IMG/VR virus record: IMGVR_UViG_3300008113_000007
Location: 1 to 64,000 of that record
Direction: 5' to 3' (one strand)
Origin: a virus
Taxonomy: Duplodnaviria; Heunggongvirae; Uroviricota; Caudoviricetes
DNA length: 64,000 nt
The stretch's first letter is position 1; each line of letters starts with the position of its first letter. The position numbers and the translations under genes are program-made. This document shows, piece by piece, positions 1-8,702 of this stretch. The notes under the pieces are model-generated. The model searched no databases. It was not told the origin of the DNA and saw nothing but the letters and a program-made list of their open reading frames with translations.

Positions 1-43
1 GAAGGAGAAGAAGAACTTCCAGTCTAACATACTATACAAAAAA

Positions 44-69
44 CCCGTCGGAAAACGACGGGTTTTTTT
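44..69. terminator. rho-independent terminator (hairpin cccgtcg-gaaaa-cgacggg followed by a T-run), after the upstream partial gene that ends at 27
   Basis: GC-rich inverted repeat followed by TTTTTTT; A-run upstream makes it potentially bidirectional. Confidence 0.6.
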
Positions 70-73
70 ATTT

Positions 74-82
74 AATATATAA
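74..82 (+). promoter_or_regulatory. late-promoter-like AATATATAA box 4 nt upstream of the ATG at 87
   Basis: Same 9-mer with identical 4-nt spacing to the ATG also at 3292-3300 and 18640-18648; resembles the T4 late promoter TATAAATA. Confidence 0.4.
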
Positions 83-86
83 CGAT

Positions 87-1688
87 ATGAGGTACTTAAA
101 GACTTTCGAATCCGCCACGGAGTTCAACCCTGTCGACGTCATTTCTAAATATTGGGAAGTCGACTTTGATATGCTGAAGGACATGATGAGTTCACTTGCG
201 CTTACTTACGACACGCACGGTTTCGATATTTTTTTCTACCTTAGGCTAAACGATGAGGATTGTAATGTAATACAATACGACGAGAATAAGTTCAAGAAAG
301 GACCGTGGTGGGACAACCTGCTAGATATTATGGAAGGTGCTAGTAGAGGCCACAACAAGGTAGAGCCGAAGATCGAGTTCTGGATTGATATTCCGAACGA
401 CTACGACGGTTTTGTGCGTGATATGGACGATTTCATTTCCGACTCCGGCTTACCTTACCATAGTGCTGGTTTCATAGAGTTGAGTGATCACCTTTTCTTC
501 GCTTTGATGTATGAAGGTAAGACCGAGGCTTACTCATTGGACGAGTCTTCGGTTCCTGATCCTGTGGCGTTCGTCGTGGATAAGTGGAACGTTGACCCTC
601 ACGAGTTCAGGGACATAGCGGCCGCCACACTCGAGGGTTTCGACGAGTATGAGTTCGATCTAGAGTTCTCCATAATCTACCATTCCTCTCTTCTCGGAGG
701 TGATAGGCACCACCTCATAAAGTTCGAGGGTAGCAAGCTTGTTTGGAACACAAGTGGAATGTACTACGACCTGCCGATTTACCTGAATCTCATCAATGAC
801 GTGCCTGACAGGATAGAGTACTGCATATCGCTATCGCTGCCGATAGACAGGACGAAGGACAACGCAGACTTCGTGAAGCAGATATGTGCCGAGTTCAGCG
901 AAAGGCTCGGCCTGTGGGACAGCGAGTGGTCTCCGACCGAGATACTTGACGTGATGAGAGGTAACCAGTATTTGACGATGATAGGCTTCGCTCGCAAGGG
1001 TAAAAGTCAAAAGAAGAACCATCCGTACTCTTTCGAGGGTATGAGGTATCTTAAGACCTTCGAGTCTCACTCCTCGGACGACGTGCTAATCATAGTCGAC
1101 GTGCAGAAGTCTTTCAGTAAGTACTTCACCGACAAATATGTGAGTGAACTCAAGGACTACTGCCGTGGCTTCGGTCGCGTCTACCAGATATGGGACAACC
1201 ACGTTGAGGGTAAGAACGTAGACAAAGACTACCTATACGACGAAGATCCTGAGGATCCTATGAACGGAGACCTTTTCCACTTTCCGAACCAGGCGGACCT
1301 GATAGAGAAGAGGTACAACTACGACGTCGACGCGGACTTCTACAAGAAGATACTCGACAAGTCTGTCTACGGAGAAATAAAGTCAAAGGAGGACGACGGC
1401 TCTCTGGTTAGGGGTGACAGCTTTCCTACGAAGGAGGGAACTCTCATTATATTCATAGGCAACAACCACAAATGGTACCATATGCCGAAGAGCCTTTACG
1501 AGCTTTTCGAGGAGATAAGCCAGGCACAGTCGATGAACGAGAGTCTATCGGTTGACAAGGTCGTGCTTGTGGGTGGCGCGGATCGTGAGTGTCTCGACGA
1601 CGTCGAGACCGCGGCCAAAGTTATGGGCGTACGTCTTCAGAGGAATGACAAGTTCATATACTCTGCTACGCACTGTCCTATAAAATAA
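87..1688 (+). CDS. two-module protein: N-terminal module of unknown function plus C-terminal isochorismatase/nicotinamidase-like cysteine hydrolase module; carries a duplicated MRYLKTFES peptide (residue 1 and residue 319)
   Basis: Residues ~330-533 show 'VLIIVDVQKSF' (compare PncA/YcaC 'LLVVDVQNDF') and a later 'VVLVGGADRECL' with the conserved Cys. Exact 9-aa repeat MRYLKTFES at nt 87 and nt 1041, with synonymous nucleotide differences between the two copies. Confidence 0.5.
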   Translation: MRYLKTFESATEFNPVDVISKYWEVDFDMLKDMMSSLALTYDTHGFDIFFYLRLNDEDCNVIQYDENKFKKGPWWDNLLDIMEGASRGHNKVEPKIEFWIDIPNDYDGFVRDMDDFISDSGLPYHSAGFIELSDHLFFALMYEGKTEAYSLDESSVPDPVAFVVDKWNVDPHEFRDIAAATLEGFDEYEFDLEFSIIYHSSLLGGDRHHLIKFEGSKLVWNTSGMYYDLPIYLNLINDVPDRIEYCISLSLPIDRTKDNADFVKQICAEFSERLGLWDSEWSPTEILDVMRGNQYLTMIGFARKGKSQKKNHPYSFEGMRYLKTFESHSSDDVLIIVDVQKSFSKYFTDKYVSELKDYCRGFGRVYQIWDNHVEGKNVDKDYLYDEDPEDPMNGDLFHFPNQADLIEKRYNYDVDADFYKKILDKSVYGEIKSKEDDGSLVRGDSFPTKEGTLIIFIGNNHKWYHMPKSLYELFEEISQAQSMNESLSVDKVVLVGGADRECLDDVETAAKVMGVRLQRNDKFIYSATHCPIK

Positions 1689-1700
1689 AGTGATTTCGTT

Positions 1701-1904
1701 ATGCCGGCAAAGAGCAAGAACCAGTTCAAGTACATCTGGGCGATGCGCAGGAAGTACAAGTCTAAGAAGAAGGCTCCTAAGAGCATGAAGTGGGTATTCA
1801 ATGATGAGTGGACCGATGTCGAGTACAAGGATTTACCTAAGAAGGTCAAAGAGAGGTACGTACATAGCTACATAGATTTCCTGAACGAGCACTACAGGCG
1901 ATGA
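1701..1904 (+). CDS. small basic (Lys/Arg-rich) protein, hypothetical
   Basis: 67-aa ORF tightly packed after the upstream gene; composition suggests nucleic-acid binding. Confidence 0.35.
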   Translation: MPAKSKNQFKYIWAMRRKYKSKKKAPKSMKWVFNDEWTDVEYKDLPKKVKERYVHSYIDFLNEHYRR

Positions 1905-2279
1905 TTACAGAACGGCCACGTATACGTCGTAGTCCTTTAGTCTGAAGTTTATCTCCATCCATTCCTGGTACCTTTCGGGGTCGTCGTAGAACTTCACGTC
2001 GACCGTGAAGTTTATCTCTGCGATTTCCGATATGTAGGTGAATATCTGCTGTTCAATCTCACCCTCGACAAAGTCGGATGACACTTTGCTCTCGTGTAGG
2101 AGTTCCTCTAGGTTGCAACCCATGTCGGGAAATCCGAGAACGTCACCTTTGTTCGTGAAAAGAAGTACCTCGTATTTCTGTATTATCACCCTTATCACGT
2201 CGTCCTCTATTAGTTCCGTCGTGTTGTACCTCGGATGACCCGGGTAGCATATGTAGAAGTCTGTGAAGTTCAGAGCCAT
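1905..2279 (-). CDS. baseplate wedge protein, gp25/GPW-like (lysozyme-like fold)
   Basis: 'GDVLGFPDMGCNLEELLHE' aligns with the T4 gp25 core 'GSRPFDPEFGCDLSDQLFE'; size (124 aa) fits the GPW family. Confidence 0.5.
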   Translation of the reverse strand: MALNFTDFYICYPGHPRYNTTELIEDDVIRVIIQKYEVLLFTNKGDVLGFPDMGCNLEELLHESKVSSDFVEGEIEQQIFTYISEIAEINFTVDVKFYDDPERYQEWMEINFRLKDYDVYVAVL

Positions 2280-2305
2280 ATGCTATATATAAATATTGGC
2301 TACTC

Positions 2306-3268
2306 TTATTTGAGTATCTCCCTGAACTTTCCTATGGCGGACATTCCGAGTATTATCGGGTCTGCGTTGGTCTCCAACAATGGAATGTATTGTGCGATTA
2401 CGTGGTTGCACTCGAAAAGGCGTTCTACTCCTTTCCCGTTCTCTATGCACCAGTCTATGAAAGGCTTTCCTAGCGTGGCTAGCATCTCGGAAATCTTGTC
2501 CTGTCCGAAAGAGTTCATCAGGAAGTGGTAGATGTGGTCGTAGTCGTGTTCCCCGTAGACTATCTGGTAAAGCTCGTTCCTGTCCTTCAGCGAGACGTTT
2601 CCTGTGCTTGCCTCGTCGGATCCGGCGAGCAGGAAGTCGTCGACCTCTACGAGTATTTTTCGAAAGTCTGGAAACCAACGGTTTATGATTGGTACGAGTT
2701 GTTCCTTCGACATATCCTTACCTTCCACCGGAAGTATGACGTTCTGTATTCGTTTGTATATTTCCTGCTTCATGTACCTCTCTTCCTCTATGTTCTGACA
2801 GTCGAAGTCAATCATCTTTATCCTTGACTTCATTCCGCCCCTCACTTTGTCTATATGGTTGGTTGAGAGTATGAATCTGACGCCTTTGTTGTTGTACTTC
2901 TCTATGAATGCTTTCAGTGCGTCCTGGTACTGCGGCGATATTCTCTCGAACTCGTCGAGTAGCACGAACTTCTCGTCCGAGTTGGTCTCGAACATCGGCA
3001 CGGTCTTGCAGAACCTTGTCACCTCTTCCCTAAGGAAGTCTATTCCTGTCTCCTCTGAGCAGTTCACGTCGAGAAACGCAGTTTCTTTTGAGTACTCGCC
3101 TATGAGTATCCTGGCGAGGCTGGTTTTTCCCGTGCCGAAGTGGCCGTGGAATATGTAGTGCTGAGTTATACCGTTCTCGAATCTCTTACGTATTCTCGGT
3201 AGTAGAATGAGGTCTTCAATCCTTTTGGGTCTCCATTTTTCCCAGAGTAGTAGGTTTTTGCTTGACAT
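2306..3268 (-). CDS. clamp-loader AAA+ ATPase subunit (T4 gp44 / RFC small-subunit-like)
   Basis: N-terminal 'WEKWRPKRIEDLILLP' RFC box; Walker A 'GHFGTGKTSLARIL'; Walker B 'LLDEFERI'; sensor-1-like 'LSTNHIDKV'. Compare T4 gp44 'EQKYRPSTIDECILP...SPGTGKTTVAKAL'. Confidence 0.8.
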   Translation of the reverse strand: MSSKNLLLWEKWRPKRIEDLILLPRIRKRFENGITQHYIFHGHFGTGKTSLARILIGEYSKETAFLDVNCSEETGIDFLREEVTRFCKTVPMFETNSDEKFVLLDEFERISPQYQDALKAFIEKYNNKGVRFILSTNHIDKVRGGMKSRIKMIDFDCQNIEEERYMKQEIYKRIQNVILPVEGKDMSKEQLVPIINRWFPDFRKILVEVDDFLLAGSDEASTGNVSLKDRNELYQIVYGEHDYDHIYHFLMNSFGQDKISEMLATLGKPFIDWCIENGKGVERLFECNHVIAQYIPLLETNADPIILGMSAIGKFREILK

Positions 3269-3291
3269 TTTTTTAGGTGCAGAGTTTACTT

Positions 3292-3300
3292 AATATATAA
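3292..3300 (+). promoter_or_regulatory. late-promoter-like AATATATAA box 4 nt upstream of the ATG at 3305
   Basis: Identical motif and spacing as at 74-82. Confidence 0.4.
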
Positions 3301-3304
3301 TGCT

Positions 3305-4282
3305 ATGATAGGTGAAAAGTTTAACTACGAGGACGTCTTCTTCCGCGATCTCACGGTCTGTGTTCTCGACACTCTCGAGGAGCAGATAAAGTGGACCAAC
3401 AGGTTCACCTCGGGCGACTACTTCGTCAAGGTGCCGATTTACTACTCGATGACTGGCGACGAGAGGTTCCTATTAGACAGCTTCTCTGATGATATAGTTT
3501 CGGATTCGAGGTATGTTGAGCTGAACACGGACGTGATACCGCGTGGCCATCTGACTATGACCGGTTTCAATATCAAGTCTGACGAGTTTGCCAATCCGAA
3601 TGTTTGGCTTAGAATGGTCATCGAGAACGAGAGTGAGATAAGGAAGGTTCTCACGAAAGTGCGTGCGGTTCCTATATCCGTGACCTACGACCTCACTATA
3701 TTCCTGAGTAGCGAAGTTGACAGTTTCAAGTGTAGCCAGTGTATTCTTAACACACTTTGGATTTACAGGTTCATGTACTTCGAGTTCAACTTTATGAACA
3801 TCGACGCCGTTATGACTATGCCGGACAGCAACCAGGTCGAGATGTCGAGGGAGAAGAACCTCACCTCTGATAACAGCATAAAGCTCAAGGTCAGCTTCAC
3901 CGTTGACACGTACTACCCTGCTTTCAGGCCTGACCGTATGAGTGGAGACGGAACCATAAGAGACTACGGATCTGGTATGTACGACTCTGACCTGAACGAC
4001 TACGTCTTCGAGGGTGAGATAAGCGAGTTCTTCGAGAGCCAGATAAAGTTCAACTCTGGATCGACCAAAGGAATCGTCACGAACCGCACCTGGAAGAACG
4101 GTCCGTGGACCGACACGAGCGTCTTCGGCCAGACCGGAAGCTTCCTGGACACAGGAGGAGGCGTCGGTGGCTCGGATCCGTTGGGTACCAGCACCAATCC
4201 GGACAACAAAATCGTTACTCCTAAGAGGTCAAGGTGGTTCAACGAGATACTCAAGTCCAGAGAGATAAACCGTGGAAGTTAA
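3305..4282 (+). CDS. virion structural protein, possibly a baseplate tube protein (gp54/gp48-like); weak
   Basis: Late-promoter box upstream; beta-rich composition; Gly/Ser/Thr-rich C-terminus 'GSTKGIVTN...GGGVGGSDPLGTSTN' reminiscent of the gp54 C-terminus; lies near the gp25-like gene. No strong motif. Confidence 0.3.
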   Translation: MIGEKFNYEDVFFRDLTVCVLDTLEEQIKWTNRFTSGDYFVKVPIYYSMTGDERFLLDSFSDDIVSDSRYVELNTDVIPRGHLTMTGFNIKSDEFANPNVWLRMVIENESEIRKVLTKVRAVPISVTYDLTIFLSSEVDSFKCSQCILNTLWIYRFMYFEFNFMNIDAVMTMPDSNQVEMSREKNLTSDNSIKLKVSFTVDTYYPAFRPDRMSGDGTIRDYGSGMYDSDLNDYVFEGEISEFFESQIKFNSGSTKGIVTNRTWKNGPWTDTSVFGQTGSFLDTGGGVGGSDPLGTSTNPDNKIVTPKRSRWFNEILKSREINRGS

Positions 4283-4341
4283 TGGAAAAAAATGGCTTTT
4301 TCCAATGAATATATACTCTATAAAAATAAATTGCTTTAGAT

Positions 4342-5625
4342 ATGAAGAATCTTAAACTCGAACTCTTCAACTTCAAGAAAAACCTTTCGTTGGATCAAGA
4401 GGAGATTTCAGTGATAGTTGAGGGACATATGAATGCCTGCAACGAGACTTCGGAGAAGGTGGTTATCCTTTCTTTGAACGAGAGGCTCAAGCCTTACACT
4501 TACGACAAGTCTGTTAAGGGTCTGCTTGAGTCACTCAACGACGACATGAAGAGCAACGAGCTTCTATACGAGCTTAAGAACCTCTACAACGTCTTGAACA
4601 CTAAGAACGGCGGTGAGCTTTATAGACAGCCAATCAACGTTCTACTACAAACGATAAACCTTGAGGACGATCAAGACAGGATGTCTAAGGTTCTCAACGA
4701 GCTCGCGGTCTACGACTGGGTTCCTGAGATAAAACTTTTCGTCCACAACCTGACTAAGTCGCCTGAGCAGAGGACTAACCTCCTCAGCGGTGGTAAAGGA
4801 GAGTCTGTTTTCACAATAGTGGAGCAGGTGGAGGACGGTCACATCGCGCTTGTCAAGGACTCTTGGTTCATACTCACTGAGAACCTTATCGAGAAGACGC
4901 TACTCGAGAACCACATCAAGGATGAGGCGGATCTAAGATCGCTCAGAGTACTCGAGACTGCTATGAAGTACGCTAACATTGTTGATGACAGGATCAACTT
5001 CAGAATATCTGAGTACCTTACAATCGGTCTTTCTGTTGATAAAAAAGGTGGACTTTTCATAAACGACGACGAGATGAATGGCGAGACTACTCTCGAGAGC
5101 CTTTTCAACTCACCAATCGTTCCTATCGTGAACAAGAACTTCTATCCTATCCTGGTTGAGGTTTCTAAGAACCTTGATAAGTTCGTAGAGCTCGACGTGG
5201 TGAAGAGGGTGAACAACCTTATAAACCCGTACCTCGAGTGTTTCGCATTCAACTACAAGAACACGACATTCCTTTACAGGTGTGATGAGAGATACGGAAA
5301 CTCTTTCTACAAATACGAGTCAGCACTCGAGCTTGTGAACGAGGTCAGAAACGAACTCAACTACGACCTTACTTACTTCTACGAGAACAAACTCGGTAAA
5401 GAGCTTATCGTGAAGAGAAAACTCGAAGACAAAGAGAGAGAGGTAACTTTGAAACTTGAGGATGTGAACTTCAACATAGACAAACTCAAAGGTTCTATCA
5501 AAATGATTGGTGAGTCTGAGGTACTTACTACCGCACTCAACAACCTCGAGAAGAGAAAGACAGTTCTCGACGCAGAGCTTGCTGGCGTGAAGGAGCTTCA
5601 GTACAGAGAGAGAGTGAAACTATAA
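4342..5625 (+). CDS. hypothetical protein with C-terminal coiled coil
   Basis: 427-aa ORF with even coding periodicity; charged heptad-like C-terminal ~80 aa; no recognisable catalytic motif. Confidence 0.45.
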   Translation: MKNLKLELFNFKKNLSLDQEEISVIVEGHMNACNETSEKVVILSLNERLKPYTYDKSVKGLLESLNDDMKSNELLYELKNLYNVLNTKNGGELYRQPINVLLQTINLEDDQDRMSKVLNELAVYDWVPEIKLFVHNLTKSPEQRTNLLSGGKGESVFTIVEQVEDGHIALVKDSWFILTENLIEKTLLENHIKDEADLRSLRVLETAMKYANIVDDRINFRISEYLTIGLSVDKKGGLFINDDEMNGETTLESLFNSPIVPIVNKNFYPILVEVSKNLDKFVELDVVKRVNNLINPYLECFAFNYKNTTFLYRCDERYGNSFYKYESALELVNEVRNELNYDLTYFYENKLGKELIVKRKLEDKEREVTLKLEDVNFNIDKLKGSIKMIGESEVLTTALNNLEKRKTVLDAELAGVKELQYRERVKL

Positions 5626-5760
5626 TCACTACAAGACATAAATCGAAGAAATCTACCTCAGGGTAGATTTCTTCATTTATAAACTTTTGTAAATCAAAGG
5701 TATATAAAATCTCATAAAATCGCACAGGTGCATCGGCACCGAAAAAAATAGCGATTATTG

Positions 5761-6126
5761 ATGTACTTAAATAACAGAGAGCTTTATATCGAACTTGTTG
5801 TCAGCAAGGCACAGGGTAGACTAACCAGACCGGCACAGAAGATGCTGGAACTTCTTGCCAAGAAGACGATAAAAAAGATGAGGTACTGGTCCAACGACGA
5901 CAAGATGGACTGCTACCAGAGCGGGCTTCTCTACGTTTTCCAGAACTGGTACAACTTCAACGAGGAGAAGTCGGTCAACGCCTTCGCCTACTTCACCGAG
6001 ATATTCAAGCGCGGCATAGCCAAAGGTTACAACGACCTCTACAAAAAGAAAGGCGACAATGAACACCAAATCAGGCTCATCTCAATCGAAGGATCAAACG
6101 ACGGAATGGGACTCCACTCTCTTTGA
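5761..6126 (+). CDS. late sigma factor, T4 gp55-like (N-terminal/central part; reading frame appears to continue in +1 at ~6110-6126)
   Basis: 'YLNNRELYIELV' versus T4 gp55 'YVNNKELLQAII'; 'AFAYFTEIFKRGIAKGYNDLYKKKG' versus '[26 protein letters not shown]'. The first ATG is at 5761 (the track start at 5758 is a TTG). Confidence 0.7.
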   Translation: MYLNNRELYIELVVSKAQGRLTRPAQKMLELLAKKTIKKMRYWSNDDKMDCYQSGLLYVFQNWYNFNEEKSVNAFAYFTEIFKRGIAKGYNDLYKKKGDNEHQIRLISIEGSNDGMGLHSL

Positions 6127-6256
6127 CACTTACGACATAGTGGCAAGTCCTGGATTCGACGTCCGTAGTGCACTTTCCCGTTTCTGGAGACACGAGAGAC
6201 GTATCGAAAAAATCCGCGAGCTTTGGAACTTCGATGAGTCAAAGGACACCGTATAA
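6059..6256 (+). CDS. probable C-terminal continuation of the gp55-like gene in the +1 frame
   Basis: Frame-2 translation 'DSTLFDTYDIV...' resembles the gp55 C-terminal region 'DDDMVALVDETFIQDIY'; combined length ~165 aa, close to gp55 (185 aa). Confidence 0.45.
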   Translation: MNTKSGSSQSKDQTTEWDSTLFDTYDIVASPGFDVRSALSRFWRHERRIEKIRELWNFDESKDTV

Positions 6257-6258
6257 AA

Positions 6259-6284
6259 AAGACCCGTAAGGGTCTTTTTCTTTT
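6259..6284. terminator. bidirectional rho-independent terminator between the convergent gp55-like and GS genes (gaccc-gtaa-gggtc plus a T-run)
   Basis: Hairpin flanked by an A-run and a T-run. Confidence 0.6.
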
Positions 6285-7341
6285 AGTCTTCAATTAGAAC
6301 ATCGTCCGTGAGTATCGTCCTGACAATCCTCTCTACTACTAGGTAAGGATCTGCGTTCGATGCTGGCCTTCTATCCTCGATGTATCCTATCGCGTCAGCC
6401 TCGTTGATTGTCGACGGTATCCTAATCGACTTTGTCCTGTCCGCTATTCCCCAGCCGAAGTCCGTTATAGACGAAGTCTCGTTCGCACCGGTGAGCCTTG
6501 CCTCGTTGTTCTCGCCGTAGACTGCTATGTGCTCTGCGTGCCTTCTCGAAAGCTTCTCGCACATCTCTATTGCAATCTCCTTTTTGTTGACCTTGTCCTC
6601 TCTTATGGTCTTGGTCGAGAAGTTCACGTGCATTCCGGACCCGTTCCATCTCTCTCCCTCGAACGGCTTAGGATCGAGCTCTATCCTGTAGTCGTACTTC
6701 TCGCTCAGCCTGTGCAGTATGTATCTCGAAATCCACAGCTGGTCGGCTCCTTCCTCTGCCGTGACCGTTCCTACCTGGTACTCCCACTGGCCGAGTGCGA
6801 CCTCTGCGTTTATACCAGATACAGATATACCTGCCTTGATACATAGGTCGGCGTGCTCTTCTACGAATTCTCTACCTGAAACGTTGTTTCCGCCGACACC
6901 GCAGTAGTATTCGCCTTGCTCCCTAGGCTCGCCGTTCCATCCGAGTGGAAGTTCTGTCTTGTTGTCGAATATGAAGTACTCCTGCTCCCAACCGTACATT
7001 GTCTCGTCGTCGTTCTCACTGAGTATGTCTATCATCGCCGCCCTTGTGTTTGTCTCGTGTGGAGTTCCGTCCATGTTGTAGACTTCGCACAGCACGATTA
7101 TTCCGTCTTTCACGAACGGGTTGAGGAAGTAGTTCTTCGGAACCAACGCCAGCTCCGATTTGGAAGTCTCTGCCTGGTAGGTAGACGATCCGTCGAAGTT
7201 CCAGTTTGAAGCGGACTGCTTGCCCGATTTGAACTGTCTCAGTAGCTCTTCTGTGTCCCACGATGATTTTACAATCTTCGTCTTTGATCTTAGTTGCTGT
7301 GGTTTTGCACCATCAAGCCACACATACTCTAGTTTTTTCAT
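6283..7341 (-). CDS. glutamine synthetase, type II (eukaryote-like GSII) or a related gamma-glutamyl ligase
   Basis: GS signatures 'GEYYCGVGG' (GS 'G.YYC.VG'), ATP-binding 'KPFEGERWNGSGMHVNFSTK', 'VALGQWEYQVG', C-terminal 'SIRIP' arginine region; ~350 aa is typical of GSII. Confidence 0.85.
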   Translation of the reverse strand: MKKLEYVWLDGAKPQQLRSKTKIVKSSWDTEELLRQFKSGKQSASNWNFDGSSTYQAETSKSELALVPKNYFLNPFVKDGIIVLCEVYNMDGTPHETNTRAAMIDILSENDDETMYGWEQEYFIFDNKTELPLGWNGEPREQGEYYCGVGGNNVSGREFVEEHADLCIKAGISVSGINAEVALGQWEYQVGTVTAEEGADQLWISRYILHRLSEKYDYRIELDPKPFEGERWNGSGMHVNFSTKTIREDKVNKKEIAIEMCEKLSRRHAEHIAVYGENNEARLTGANETSSITDFGWGIADRTKSIRIPSTINEADAIGYIEDRRPASNADPYLVVERIVRTILTDDVLIED

Positions 7342-7512
7342 ATAAGTGCCTAATTTTTAGTTATCTATTAAAAAAAATAGGTCCTTTTTTACAAAACCGG
7401 TAAAAATATAGGGCCTATGTAACGGAATTAGTAAAAATATCTTATCGTGTCTTTTTGTGTTGCGTAAACTTTTCCTTTCTTTTGTCATAACAAAGGCATA
7501 ACAATAACGAAC

Positions 7513-7803
7513 ATGAACCGAGCCTACCTACAGGTCTGGTGTCTATCAGAGAGAGGACGTGATGTCTTGCCCGACGGCGGATCGCTGCACATCGACGTCC
7601 TTCAAAGAGACGCATACATAAAAGACATTTACTCAAAGAGACGCTCGGAAGTACCGAACGAGTACGAGTACCCCGTAGGCCTGGCCTTCGAGGTATTCCT
7701 GGACGATTCTTTGAACGACGAGCTCGTCGAGAACGGAAGCATACGCCTGAGCGAGGCCTCGTTGAGGAACCTATTCGGTATGGACGAAATAATGGTTAAG
7801 TAA
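7513..7803 (+). CDS. hypothetical protein
   Basis: ORF only. Confidence 0.35.
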   Translation: MNRAYLQVWCLSERGRDVLPDGGSLHIDVLQRDAYIKDIYSKRRSEVPNEYEYPVGLAFEVFLDDSLNDELVENGSIRLSEASLRNLFGMDEIMVK

Positions 7804-7804
7804 A

Positions 7805-8143
7805 ATGGTTGATTTATTCTACGCGGCACTGGTCGCTTTCGCGCTCAACGAGTTCTTTTTCGTTTTCAACAGGAAGCGTCTCGACACGAACTTCAAGAAC
7901 AAAGACGTCATGTCGGTCAAGAGGATAGATGTACTGCACTACATGCTGAAGGTGCTTTCCGTGTTTTGGCCGTTCATCGGTCTCATGTCCTCGATGTGGT
8001 CTATGTTTCTTGTGTTGATTTCTGTGTGGTTTCTGAAGTTTTTGCTTTACCACATCAGTGTTCGCACATACTCTGTCTGGACGATATTCTCTCCTTTTGT
8101 GAACATCGCTCTGTACCTTGTGATATTCTTCCTCAGACGTTGA
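7805..8143 (+). CDS. small hydrophobic/membrane protein, hypothetical
   Basis: Several predicted TM-like hydrophobic stretches. Confidence 0.4.
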   Translation: MVDLFYAALVAFALNEFFFVFNRKRLDTNFKNKDVMSVKRIDVLHYMLKVLSVFWPFIGLMSSMWSMFLVLISVWFLKFLLYHISVRTYSVWTIFSPFVNIALYLVIFFLRR

Positions 8144-8660
8144 ATCTCTTGAGGTTCTCCTCCGTGATTATTATGAACTCGAAGCCCTTCTTGTTGCACC
8201 ACTCGATCATCGTCTCCCACTTGCTCTTGTTCTTGTAGGCCATCTTCAGGTCGTACTCGAAGCCCTTCAGCTTCTTCGTTCCTTTCTCCGGTACCTGCAG
8301 TTTACCCTCTGTGAGTGCTATCACCATGTTGTACTCCTTCTGTGGCTTTACCTCGACGACGACCTCCCTGAGTACGCCGTCAGAGCTTCTCATCCTGTAG
8401 AAGAAGTCCGGGTAGTACCTGTGAGACTTGACCCTTGCGTCTCCGTTGTCGAAGTGTGTCATCTGGTAAGGTATCTCAAGGCATTCTGCCCCCCATTGTA
8501 TTATCTCGGGCTTGAGGTCGAGCCAGACCATTATCTTCTTCTCCCAGGAGCTCCTGAAGTAGACACCGCCTTGCGAGTTAAGTTTCAGAACCTTGTCTTT
8601 GTTCTTGGGTATGTAGTTTCCTGAGTTGTAGCTTGAGTTCGACGGTCTGGAGTTTATCAT
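8133..8660 (-). CDS. PD-(D/E)XK nuclease-fold protein (TnsA/endonuclease-like)
   Basis: '...YYPDFFYRM...GVLREVVVEVKPQKE' matches a PD...(D/E)xK arrangement; upstream 'SSWEKKIMVWLD...IPY' resembles TnsA/Vsr-type N-terminal modules. Confidence 0.45.
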   Translation of the reverse strand: MINSRPSNSSYNSGNYIPKNKDKVLKLNSQGGVYFRSSWEKKIMVWLDLKPEIIQWGAECLEIPYQMTHFDNGDARVKSHRYYPDFFYRMRSSDGVLREVVVEVKPQKEYNMVIALTEGKLQVPEKGTKKLKGFEYDLKMAYKNKSKWETMIEWCNKKGFEFIIITEENLKRFNV

Positions 8661-8679
8661 AGTCCGGCATTTTTGGTTT

Positions 8680-8688
8680 TATATATAA
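8680..8688 (+). promoter_or_regulatory. late-promoter-like TATATATAA box upstream of the 8703 gene
   Basis: Motif family recurs upstream of many genes. Confidence 0.35.
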
Positions 8689-8702
8689 AATAAAACTCTT
8701 CT

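Noticed and set aside
6283-7341. Glutamine synthetase as host-DNA contamination or a chimeric assembly
   Set aside because: The gene is flanked on both sides by phage genes and phage-type hairpin terminators. Codon usage and base composition look continuous with its neighbours. Still, coverage should be checked.
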